Assembly: GCA_937928635.1 (NCBI GenBank)
Contig: CALFWM010000048.1
Span: forward strand, 80,221 to 144,220
Length of the DNA stretch: 64,000 nucleotides
Origin: an uncultured Sulfitobacter sp.
GTDB taxonomy: Bacteria; Pseudomonadota; Alphaproteobacteria; Rhodobacterales; Rhodobacteraceae
Direction: 5' to 3'
Shown here: positions 36,037 to 44,693 of the stretch, one piece after another
How positions within the stretch are numbered: position 1 is the stretch's first letter
Layout of the letters: every line of letters begins with the position of its first letter
Notes under the pieces: model-generated
What the model saw: only the letters and a program-made list of their open reading frames with translations
What the model was told of the DNA's origin: nothing
Database searches by the model: none
Translations under genes and position numbers: made by a program

Positions 36037-36059
36037 TTTATTTCAATTGTCAAAATAAA
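36037..36059. promoter_or_regulatory. AT-rich inverted repeat TTTATTT-CAATTGTCA-AAATAAA in the xylF/ROK divergent region
   Basis: Read directly. It is a candidate operator for the adjacent ROK regulator, based on weak, purely positional evidence. Confidence 0.25.
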
Positions 36060-36183
36060 AAGAACCTAAATATCTGAAAGTCGTAATATTTCACTTCACA
36101 TTCCTGGGGTTTCACCTCAAAATGTTGCGGAGAGTCAGTTGCGAAGGGGTCTCAAAACGATATTTTGTTCAGGTGATGAAATT

Positions 36184-37449
36184 ATGGATGGCAAAGGAAA
36201 TCTAGACGGTGCAGAGATACAGGCGGGTTGCGGCCCACTGCTCTCTGATTCCATGACGGTCCAGAAACCGATGCGACAGCGGATTTTTGAGCACGTCCGT
36301 GCCCAAGGCCAAACCGCCCGGACAGATATCACCCGCGCCCTTGGGATCAGCCCCGGATCAGCGACGACATTGACCGCCGAACTGATTCAACAGGGCTTGC
36401 TGCACGAAGTAAACCAAGCCCACCGAGAGCACGGAAGAGGACGCCCACCAGTGGCGCTCGAAATTATTCCGGGCGCAGGTCATGTGATTGGGATCAAGCT
36501 CTCACATGAGCGGCACACTGGCCTGCTGACGGATTTTGCCGGCAATACGATTGCGCAGACCGAGCTGATAACACCGCTGGGTACGCGGACACTGGATGTT
36601 CTTGTGGAGGAAATTGATCGTCTGATCACGCGCTTGCTGAAACATACAGATCAATCCTTGCAGGACATAAGTGGCGTTGGCATCGGTCTGCCCGGGATCA
36701 TTAGCCACGAGGATGGACAGGTTCGCTGGTCTCCTTTGCTAATGGAGCGGGAGCAGGCGCTTGGCACGGTTTGTACCGAACGTTTTGGTGTACCGATTTG
36801 TCTGGAAAACGATGCCAACATGCTGACATTGGCCGAGCTTTGGTACGGTGCGGGTCGCGCCATGACGGATTTTGCCGTCGTCACAATCGAAAATGGCGTT
36901 GGCATGGGGTTGGTGCTCAACAATCAGCTTTATCGCGGATCCTTTGGTGTTGGGCTGGAACTTGGCCATACCAAGGTGCAAATTGATGGTGCATTGTGCC
37001 GCTGTGGCCAGAGAGGGTGCCTTGAAGCCTATTTGGCAGACTATGCTCTTGCCCGCGAGGCATCCACAGCGCTGAACTATCCGGTCCATCAACAGCATAG
37101 CATGCAGGCCACGGTGGATAATCTGTTTACTGAAGCCCAAGGCGGCAATGACGCCGCGCTCACGATTTTTCGTCGTGCCGGGCGGTACTTGTCTCTGGGG
37201 TTGAGCAACGTCATGCAGCTGTTTGACCCGGCCCTAATCATCCTCTCAGGAGAGCGGATGCGGTACGACTACATGTATGTAGATGCTGTGATGGAGGACG
37301 TTCAGGCGCTGACACTCGCCCGTGGGGAACAGCAATGCCAGGTCAAAATCCACAATTGGGGCGATCAGGCCTGGGCACGGGGCGCAACGGCGCGGGCCTT
37401 GTCTGAAGTCACTGATACAATGTTTGGTCCCGAGGGACGTTTTCAGTGA
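36184..37449 (+). CDS. ROK family transcriptional regulator (XylR-like)
   Basis: ORF track 36139..37449. The ATG at 36184 has the RBS AGGTGA. There is an N-terminal winged HTH ('TARTDITRALGISPGSATTLTAELIQQGLL') and the ROK Cys motif 'CRCGQRGCLE'. Confidence 0.8.
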   Translation: MDGKGNLDGAEIQAGCGPLLSDSMTVQKPMRQRIFEHVRAQGQTARTDITRALGISPGSATTLTAELIQQGLLHEVNQAHREHGRGRPPVALEIIPGAGHVIGIKLSHERHTGLLTDFAGNTIAQTELITPLGTRTLDVLVEEIDRLITRLLKHTDQSLQDISGVGIGLPGIISHEDGQVRWSPLLMEREQALGTVCTERFGVPICLENDANMLTLAELWYGAGRAMTDFAVVTIENGVGMGLVLNNQLYRGSFGVGLELGHTKVQIDGALCRCGQRGCLEAYLADYALAREASTALNYPVHQQHSMQATVDNLFTEAQGGNDAALTIFRRAGRYLSLGLSNVMQLFDPALIILSGERMRYDYMYVDAVMEDVQALTLARGEQQCQVKIHNWGDQAWARGATARALSEVTDTMFGPEGRFQ

Positions 37450-38927
37450 TCAGGACGATTTGCGCCTGCCTTGGCATCGCAGGCAGCGCTATGGCCAATC
37501 CAGCGTTTCAGGATATGTCAGACCGCCTGCCAAGCCACATCTATACCGGCGGTTGGGAGCATTTTGTGGGTGGTGGTGTTGCGTTGTTTGATTGTGACGG
37601 GGATACGCTGCCCGACATTTTTGCCGTTGGCGGTGCAAACCCCGCGCAGTTGTTCCGCAACAGGGGTAATTTCGAATTTGCCGCCAGCGCAGTTCCTGAG
37701 ATCACCGGTGCGACGGGTGCTTATCCGATTGACATGAATGCCGACGGCCTGATGGATTTGTTTGTTCTGCGCGCCGGGCCCAATGTGGTGTTGCAAGGCC
37801 GGCCAGATTGCCAGTTTGAAGATGTCACATCGGCATGGGGTATCCCAACAGCAGACCGCTGGAGCACCGCCTTCACGGCCTGGTGGGATGCAGATCAGGA
37901 CAGGCCCATGCTTGCCATTGGTAACTATGTTGATCGCGCCGATCCCGATGGGCCGTTTGAGGCCTGTGATGTCAATGTGATCCTGCATCCTGAGGGCACA
38001 GGATATCGCGAACAGACCCTAACACCCGCGTATTGCCCGTTGTCGATCCTTGCCGCCAAAGATGCAAGGGGGCGTCAAACGCTGCGCATTTCAAACGACC
38101 GGCATTATTACGTCTCCGGTGGTTATGAACAGATGTGGGACATTCAGGAGCAGCGCTATCTGGATGAGACAGATGGTTGGCCGCAAGTGTCACTGTGGGG
38201 CATGGGCATTGCCACCCGTGATCTGAACGGCGATGGCCGGGACGAGGTCATGCTGACCTCCATGGGTGATCAGCTGCTACAGTTCGCGCAACCCGATGGC
38301 GGCTATGAATCCGCGCCATTCAGCATCGGCACCTATGCACAACGCCCCTACACCGGCGGCGATGGGCGCCCGTCAACCGGATGGCATGCGGAATTTGGTG
38401 ACATTGACAATGATGCCCGCGCTGATCTGTTCATTGCCAAGGGGAACGTTGATCAGATGCCTGGCATGGCCACAAAAGACCCCAACAACCTGCTGATGCA
38501 ACAGCCCGATGGCACATTCAAAGAGGCGGGCCTGAGTGCAGGCATCGCCACGCTCAAACGGTCACGCGGGGGTGGGTTGGCCGATTTTGATCAGGACGGG
38601 CGGCTTGATCTGGTTGTGGTAAACCGCCGTTCCGCGATGGAGCTATATCGGAACGTGACGCCGCAGACCGGCAACTGGATGCAGGTTGATTTGGCACAGC
38701 CCGGTGGCAACCCGAATGCCATTGGCGCGGTGATTGAGGTTGAGACCCCTTCAGGGATGCAGGTGCTGCAAAAACTGATTGGCGGCGGCCACGGGGGCGG
38801 TCAGGCACTGCCGCTTCATGTGGGGCTTGGGTCTGCAACGCAGGCGCAGGTGCGTGTTTTCTGGCCAGATGGGAGCACGCGGGTGGTCACGTTGAATGTA
38901 GGCACCCGTCACCTGATTGAAAAATAA
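37446..38927 (+). CDS. FG-GAP/VCBS-repeat protein with an ASPIC/UnbV-like C-terminus (CRTAC1-like), secreted
   Basis: 493 aa. Repeated 'D.DGD...D' calcium-site-like blades ('DCDGDTLPD', 'DMNADGLMD', 'DLNGDGRDE', 'DFDQDGRLD') and a signal-like N-terminus. Confidence 0.7.
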   Translation: MIRTICACLGIAGSAMANPAFQDMSDRLPSHIYTGGWEHFVGGGVALFDCDGDTLPDIFAVGGANPAQLFRNRGNFEFAASAVPEITGATGAYPIDMNADGLMDLFVLRAGPNVVLQGRPDCQFEDVTSAWGIPTADRWSTAFTAWWDADQDRPMLAIGNYVDRADPDGPFEACDVNVILHPEGTGYREQTLTPAYCPLSILAAKDARGRQTLRISNDRHYYVSGGYEQMWDIQEQRYLDETDGWPQVSLWGMGIATRDLNGDGRDEVMLTSMGDQLLQFAQPDGGYESAPFSIGTYAQRPYTGGDGRPSTGWHAEFGDIDNDARADLFIAKGNVDQMPGMATKDPNNLLMQQPDGTFKEAGLSAGIATLKRSRGGGLADFDQDGRLDLVVVNRRSAMELYRNVTPQTGNWMQVDLAQPGGNPNAIGAVIEVETPSGMQVLQKLIGGGHGGGQALPLHVGLGSATQAQVRVFWPDGSTRVVTLNVGTRHLIEK

Positions 38928-40250
38928 TCACTCCGGGTTTGGCACGGGCAGTCCGCTGGGCACGTCCTTTGGCACACCCAATCGGCCCTCAACCGCGATC
39001 GGATCCGTTAGGGCATTGAGAAATGCCATGATGTCATCAACCTCATCCACGCTGAGCGTTAGCGGGGCGCGGGTCACGGCATCTCCAATGGCCTGGCGTT
39101 CCGCAGGATCGTTCAGGATGTTGAAATCCTCGGCGTCAAAGTCCGGCAACCGCACGCTTGTCCGATCAAAGCGTTTCAGGGCAGTGACCGGATCAAGATG
39201 GTCCATCACAAACGCCCGCAGGTCGGCGTGCGCGCCTGCGTGCCCGTAAGGACCGGTCAGCGCCACGTTGCGCAGTGATGGCGTGCGAAAGGCGTAGCGG
39301 TCCGCAGGATCGCCGGTCACGCGGAACCGGCCATCATCGCGGTTGTGGCTTTCAAAGGTCGCGGCCTTGCCCGGGCCAATCTGGGGGACGGCCATGGCGT
39401 GAAATTGGTGATCCGTCTGGAACGGGCCGCTGTGACAATCACTACAGGCGGCGCGTCCGTAAAACAGGTTCATGCCCCGTTGGCTCTGATCGTCCAGGGC
39501 CGCCAAACCGCGCAAAGACAGGTCAAACGGTGCTGTGTCAGAACGCCATTCAAATGCCATGAAGGCCGCAATGGCGTTGGAAATGTCGGTAAAGGCGATA
39601 TCATCCGGGGTGAGGATTTCGGGGTAAACCCGTGCAAACGTGGTGGCATAATCCGGGATCGCCGCGACCCGTCGCGCAATGATATCCCACGCGCCACCGG
39701 GCCGGGTGATAATGCCCTGACGTACGGCTTTGCCAACGTCGTTTTCGTTGTAGTCCCCGGCCATTTCATCGCGGCTCAGCACCGGGAACATGGTTTGAGC
39801 TGACAAGGCGGACGCAAATCCAACCACCATGTCTGCATCCATCGGGGTGCGAATGCCGTTTGGTGATGTCGGGTCTGCCTCAAGCCGTCCATCATGAAAC
39901 AGCGCGGTAAATTCATGTGCACCGAGGTTGAACAAGGCAGGGGCGTTGCGAGGAATACGCTTTTGGGGCAAATGTTCAGGGTCTAACCGACGATTTTGGC
40001 CCAGACCGATGGCTCCTTCTCCAAGCGCCAATGGAACACCATCCGCGGTGCCAAGGGCCGGATGGTGGCAGGTTGCACAGGCAATATTGCGATTGCCCGA
40101 CAGGATCGGGTCGTAAAACAACAGCTGGCCAAGGGCGGCCTCCTCCTTGTGCACCGGTGCAAAATCCGCATCCGTCAGGGCGCGCGGCAGGCTCGCTGCC
40201 TGTGCGGCACCCAATAAGAAAAACACGGCAATGCATGCGCGCAGGATCAC
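38928..40250 (-). CDS. di-haem cytochrome c peroxidase family protein (CCP/MauG-like)
   Basis: Two CxxCH motifs ('CATCHH', 'CSDCHSG'). ORF track 38928..40262. The GTG at 40250 gives a GTGA overlap with the upstream stop and a clean signal peptide; the ATG at 40262 is the alternative. Confidence 0.85.
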   Translation of the reverse strand: MILRACIAVFFLLGAAQAASLPRALTDADFAPVHKEEAALGQLLFYDPILSGNRNIACATCHHPALGTADGVPLALGEGAIGLGQNRRLDPEHLPQKRIPRNAPALFNLGAHEFTALFHDGRLEADPTSPNGIRTPMDADMVVGFASALSAQTMFPVLSRDEMAGDYNENDVGKAVRQGIITRPGGAWDIIARRVAAIPDYATTFARVYPEILTPDDIAFTDISNAIAAFMAFEWRSDTAPFDLSLRGLAALDDQSQRGMNLFYGRAACSDCHSGPFQTDHQFHAMAVPQIGPGKAATFESHNRDDGRFRVTGDPADRYAFRTPSLRNVALTGPYGHAGAHADLRAFVMDHLDPVTALKRFDRTSVRLPDFDAEDFNILNDPAERQAIGDAVTRAPLTLSVDEVDDIMAFLNALTDPIAVEGRLGVPKDVPSGLPVPNPE

Positions 40251-41032
40251 TTGCCCTTCCACACCGGATCGCGTTTTTCGGCAAAGGCGCGCGCGCCTTC
40301 AAGCTGATCCTCAGAGGCATAAAGACGATCAACCGTGGGCAGCTGGCGTTTGGTGATGCGGTTCATCGCGTCCTGAAAGGTTCTGTCCTCAGCATCGCGC
40401 ACAATTTCCTTGATCGCGGCGTAGACCAGTGGCGGGCCCGAGGCGAGCAGGCGCGCCAGCTCCCACGCGCGGTCCATCAGCTGATCGCCGGGCAGGATTT
40501 CGTTGATTAAGCCCCAGCCTTTGGCCTCAGCCGCGTCAAACCACCGTCCGGTCAGAAGCAACTCCATTGCGATGTGATAGGGGATGCGCTTGGGTAGTTT
40601 GACGGATGCAGCATCTGCCACGGTGCCCGAGCGGATTTCAGGCAAAGCAAAACTGGCGTGATCTGCGGCCAAAATCATGTCGGCTGACAATGCCAGTTCC
40701 AACCCGCCGCCACAGGCGATGCCATTCACTGCGGCGATCACGGGCTTGTTCATGTCGCGCATTTCCTGCAAGCCACCAAAGCCTCCAACGCCATAATCGC
40801 CATCAACCGCATCGCCATCTGCGGCGGCCTTGAGATCCCAGCCGGGGCAAAAGAATTTTTTGCCACCCCCGGTCAGAATGGCCACGCGCAGTTCTGGGTC
40901 ATCACGGAAGGCGGCAAAAACATCGCCCATCACGCGCGATGTTTGCAGGTCGATTGCATTCGCCTTTGGACGATCAAGCGTCACTTCGAGGATCGCACCC
41001 TCGCGGCGGGTTTTGACGGGGCTGTCAGACAT
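40247..41032 (-). CDS. enoyl-CoA hydratase/isomerase (crotonase) family protein
   Basis: 261 aa. 'FCPGWDLK' and 'AAVNGIACGGGLELALSADMILAA' (oxyanion-hole motifs). Confidence 0.9.
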   Translation of the reverse strand: MSDSPVKTRREGAILEVTLDRPKANAIDLQTSRVMGDVFAAFRDDPELRVAILTGGGKKFFCPGWDLKAAADGDAVDGDYGVGGFGGLQEMRDMNKPVIAAVNGIACGGGLELALSADMILAADHASFALPEIRSGTVADAASVKLPKRIPYHIAMELLLTGRWFDAAEAKGWGLINEILPGDQLMDRAWELARLLASGPPLVYAAIKEIVRDAEDRTFQDAMNRITKRQLPTVDRLYASEDQLEGARAFAEKRDPVWKGK

Positions 41033-41044
41033 GGTTGGTTCCTT

Positions 41045-43075
41045 TTAGTCGGCGCGGCGCAGCAGCGCGTCTGCGGCAATCGCCTGTGTCGTGGTGCAGA
41101 TCAACGGATTGATTTCAATTTCTGACAGTCCATCGGCATGCGCAAGCACGTAGTTTTGCACAGCCTCAATCGCGTCAAGGATGGCGGACAGGTTGGCAGC
41201 GGGTTGTCCGCGATAGCCCGCCAGCAGGGGCATGACACGCAAAGTAGCGAGGGAATGTTCGATCTCCTTGCGTGTTGCCGGGATCAGCAAGGACGCGCTG
41301 TCTTGCATCAATTCGGTCAGCGTACCGCCCGCGCCCAGTGTCAGGACATAGCCATGGGCAGCATCACGTGTCACACCAATCAGCAGTTCTGCAACCGTGC
41401 CTGTGATCATCTGCTCCACCAGATAACTTTTGGCAGGCATATCGCGCGCCGCCTGTTCAGCCGCCTCTGTTGACATGATGTTCAGTATAACGGCACCTGC
41501 CTCCGTTTTATGCGCAATGCCTTCGCCCTTGAGCACCAGCGGGTAACTGACTTTTGCCGCAGCGGCTGTCACATCTTCGGGGGAGGTGCAGCGGGCCGCG
41601 CGGGGGACGTTCAGACCAAAGCCGGCAAGGACCTGTTTGGCCGCCGCTTCCGGGATCAGGTCGGGCGCGGTGTCATCACACGGCAGCAAGATCGGCTGCG
41701 CGATAGGTGGCACGGGGGTAGCGGCAAGGGCGCAGGCGGCGATGGATTCCGTCAGGCCACAAAATGGTGTGATGCCCGCGTTCATCAGCCGATGCGCAAC
41801 ATCTTCGGGCATGAGTTCGGGTAAGGTCGCAGCCATCGCATAGCGCGCGCCGGTCTGTTGGGCGGCGGCAATCGTGGCCTCAATCGCGCAATCCCAATCG
41901 GAGGCATCACAATGATCTGCGCGCGGGAAATCAACGATCAAAATGGTGATGGCAATGTCAGGGTCGGCCATGGCGGCAAAGGCACGGGTCATCGCATCCA
42001 CATCGCGCCAAATGTAGGTGTGATAATCTAGCGGATTTGCCAGCGCGACCAATGGGCCAAGCGCGTCACGGAGGTTGCGTTGCTGGGTGTCGTTCAAGGG
42101 CGGGAAGGTAACGTCAAAGCCCATCGCCGTGTCTGCCGCCAAGCTGGCCTCACCACCCGAACAGCTGATGGTGGCGAGCGTGTTCTGCGGCAATCGCCCA
42201 GCGGTGTGGAGCAGTTTGAGTGTTTCCAGAAATGTCGGCAGATCTGCGGCGCGCAGGATACCTAAACGGTGCAAGAGCGCGGTGGCACCTGCGTCCTGCC
42301 CGGCGACGGAGGCCGTGTGAGAGACGGTTGCAGCACGGGCCTGTTCAGAGCGGCCCACCTTGATGGCGACGATGGGTTTGTTCAATTCCCTTCCACGGGC
42401 GGCCAGTGCCTCAAAAGCGCGCAGATCGCCAACGCCCTCGATGTGCAGGCCCAAGGCGGTGACACGGGGGTCTTCCAGCAGTGTCATGCCGATGTCGGAA
42501 ATGCCGGATTGTGCCTGATTGCCCGCCGTTACCACATAGGCCAGCGGCAGGCCGCGCGATTGCATGGTCAGGTTGATGGCCATGTTTGAGCTTTGGGTGA
42601 TGAGTGCGACGCCGCTGCCACAGCGCAGACCACCGTGTTGATCGGGCCAGAGCAATGCACCGTCCAGATAGTTGATATAGCCGTAGCAATTGGGTCCGAG
42701 AATGGGCATGTCACCGGCAGCGTGCAGCAAAGCGTCCTGTCGTTCGCTGCCGATTGCATCCTCCGCCACGGCTTCGGAAAAGCCGGAGGCAAAACAGACC
42801 GCGCCACCTGCGCCCATGCTTGAAAGGCTGTTGATGATGTTGGTGGTTGCATCGCGGTTGACACCGACAAACGTGGCATCGGGTGCGTCGGGCAAATCTT
42901 CGACCGTGCGAAACACAGGTCGCCCGTCAATTTCAGTTGCTTTGGGGTGCACGGGCCAGACGTCTCCCGCAAACCCCATTTTGCGGCATTGCTCTACAAC
43001 CGCGCGGCACCATGCGCCGCCACCGACAACGGCGATGGAACTGGGGCGCAAGAGGCGGGAAAGGTCGCGTGTCAT
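41045..43075 (-). CDS. ADP-forming acyl-CoA synthetase (CoA-binding plus ATP-grasp, acetate-CoA ligase [ADP-forming] family)
   Basis: 676 aa. N-terminal 'PSSIAVVGGGAW' CoA-binding domain, a succinyl-CoA-synthetase-like ligase domain, and a C-terminal ATP-grasp 'YPLVLKGEGIAHKTEAGAV'. Confidence 0.85.
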   Translation of the reverse strand: MTRDLSRLLRPSSIAVVGGGAWCRAVVEQCRKMGFAGDVWPVHPKATEIDGRPVFRTVEDLPDAPDATFVGVNRDATTNIINSLSSMGAGGAVCFASGFSEAVAEDAIGSERQDALLHAAGDMPILGPNCYGYINYLDGALLWPDQHGGLRCGSGVALITQSSNMAINLTMQSRGLPLAYVVTAGNQAQSGISDIGMTLLEDPRVTALGLHIEGVGDLRAFEALAARGRELNKPIVAIKVGRSEQARAATVSHTASVAGQDAGATALLHRLGILRAADLPTFLETLKLLHTAGRLPQNTLATISCSGGEASLAADTAMGFDVTFPPLNDTQQRNLRDALGPLVALANPLDYHTYIWRDVDAMTRAFAAMADPDIAITILIVDFPRADHCDASDWDCAIEATIAAAQQTGARYAMAATLPELMPEDVAHRLMNAGITPFCGLTESIAACALAATPVPPIAQPILLPCDDTAPDLIPEAAAKQVLAGFGLNVPRAARCTSPEDVTAAAAKVSYPLVLKGEGIAHKTEAGAVILNIMSTEAAEQAARDMPAKSYLVEQMITGTVAELLIGVTRDAAHGYVLTLGAGGTLTELMQDSASLLIPATRKEIEHSLATLRVMPLLAGYRGQPAANLSAILDAIEAVQNYVLAHADGLSEIEINPLICTTTQAIAADALLRRAD

Positions 43076-43150
43076 GTTGGGATGGCTCCAAAAGAGATTT
43101 TAAGCCTCCGGCGGGGAAGAGTTAAGGCCAGAAAGAGGGATGGTGCGCGC

Positions 43151-44311
43151 CTATGCCCCGAGAGGGCGCAGGAGGTCGCGGGAGATAATGTGGCGCTGGA
43201 TTTCAGAGGTGCCATCCCAGATGCGTTCCACCCGGGCATCGCGCCAAAAACGTTCAATCGGGAAGTCATCCATCAGGCCCATACCGCCGTAGATTTGCAA
43301 CGTGGTGTCTGTGACTTTTGCCAACGTTTCGGTTGCGTGTACCTTGGCAGAGGCGATTTCGCGGTTGGATGGCATGTTTTGATCGAGCCGCCAGGCGGCG
43401 TTGAGAGTGAGTAGATCGGCGGCGTCAATTTCCGTGATCATGTCTGCGATCTGAAAGCTGACGCCCTGAAATTTACCGATCTGCTGTCCGAATTGTTTGC
43501 GCTCAGCAGCATAGTTTAACGCATAGTCAAAGCAGCGGCGCGCGCGGCCCACCGAAAAGGCCGCAACTGTTAGGCGGGTCGCATAGAGCCATTCATTCAT
43601 CACCGCAAAGCCGCCGTCAACCTCGCCCAGAACCTGGGTATCGGGCAGGCGACAATTGTCAAAATCAAGGATGCAGTTTTTGTAGCCTCGGTGGCTGACG
43701 GAGTTGTAGCCATCGCGTACCTCAAACCCCGGTGTGCCGCGATCCACAAGAAATGTGGTGATGCGTTTTTTGGGGCCTTTGGGGGTGTCGTCCACGCCCG
43801 TGGCGATAAAGACGATAAAGAAATCTGCGTGATCTGCGCCAGAAATGAAGTGTTTAGAGCCATTTACCACCCAATCACCGCAGTCACGTACGGCGGAGCA
43901 TTTCATGCCGCGCACGTCTGATCCCGCGTCAGGTTCTGTCATCGCCAGCGCGTCCATACGTTCGCCACGCACGGCGGGCAACAGATAGCGTTCGCGCTGA
44001 TCCGCGTTGCAGGCCATCAGGATGTTTTGCGGACGTCCAAAGAAGTGGGTGAGCGCCATGGAGCCGCGGCCAAGTTCTCGTTCGACCAAAGTGAAATCGA
44101 GATGCGAAAGACCTGCGCCCCCCACGCTTTCGGGGAAATTGCAGGCGTAAAATCCCAGATCGAGGGTTTTTTGTTTGATGCGCTGGGCAAGGTCATGGGG
44201 CACCGCGCCGGTGCGCTCCACCTCGGCCTCATATGGATAGATTTCGTTTTCCACAAAGCTGCGGACAGTGGAGACGATCATCTCTTGTTCGTCGGAAAGG
44301 CCAAAATGCAT
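43151..44311 (-). CDS. acyl-CoA dehydrogenase
   Basis: 386 aa. 'ALAMTEPDAGSD', 'QIYGGMGLMDDFPIERFWRDARVERIWDGTSEIQR'. Confidence 0.9.
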   Translation of the reverse strand: MHFGLSDEQEMIVSTVRSFVENEIYPYEAEVERTGAVPHDLAQRIKQKTLDLGFYACNFPESVGGAGLSHLDFTLVERELGRGSMALTHFFGRPQNILMACNADQRERYLLPAVRGERMDALAMTEPDAGSDVRGMKCSAVRDCGDWVVNGSKHFISGADHADFFIVFIATGVDDTPKGPKKRITTFLVDRGTPGFEVRDGYNSVSHRGYKNCILDFDNCRLPDTQVLGEVDGGFAVMNEWLYATRLTVAAFSVGRARRCFDYALNYAAERKQFGQQIGKFQGVSFQIADMITEIDAADLLTLNAAWRLDQNMPSNREIASAKVHATETLAKVTDTTLQIYGGMGLMDDFPIERFWRDARVERIWDGTSEIQRHIISRDLLRPLGA

Positions 44312-44693
44312 GAAGGTGCCCTTTCAGGCTGGAAGGTATAAATTTCACGCAGGTTAAGCAGAGTTCCGAAAACCCGGCAAGTGTGAGGAGTTGAATGACC
44401 AATCCGGTAGCTGATCAATCATATCCGCGACGTTTTGACGCCATTTTTAAGATTTCAACTATTGCATGTATCACTTTTGATGGGCGATTGGACCCGCGGG
44501 GTTGGCAGACAACCTGAAAATACACGGTTTCCGCGTAAATTGGGCTGTTTCGTGCAGAAAACAACGTTTCTGAGTGCCTTTTGCCGCTTTGGCGCAAACC
44601 GACCGAACCAGCGTGCGTTGGTTGCTAAAAATTATTGATGGACCTAAAATGCCTTAATAATTTCGGTATGATAGCCTTTTGGGAGATGTTGGT

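Noticed and set aside
44312-44693. A 380-bp intergenic region upstream of the RTX protease was scanned for sRNA, CtrA (TTAA-N7-TTAA) or other boxes.
   Set aside because: I found no convincing inverted repeats, CtrA-type boxes or ORFs with coding character. The small ORFs 44415..44597 and 44435..44638 look random, so there is nothing I can support.
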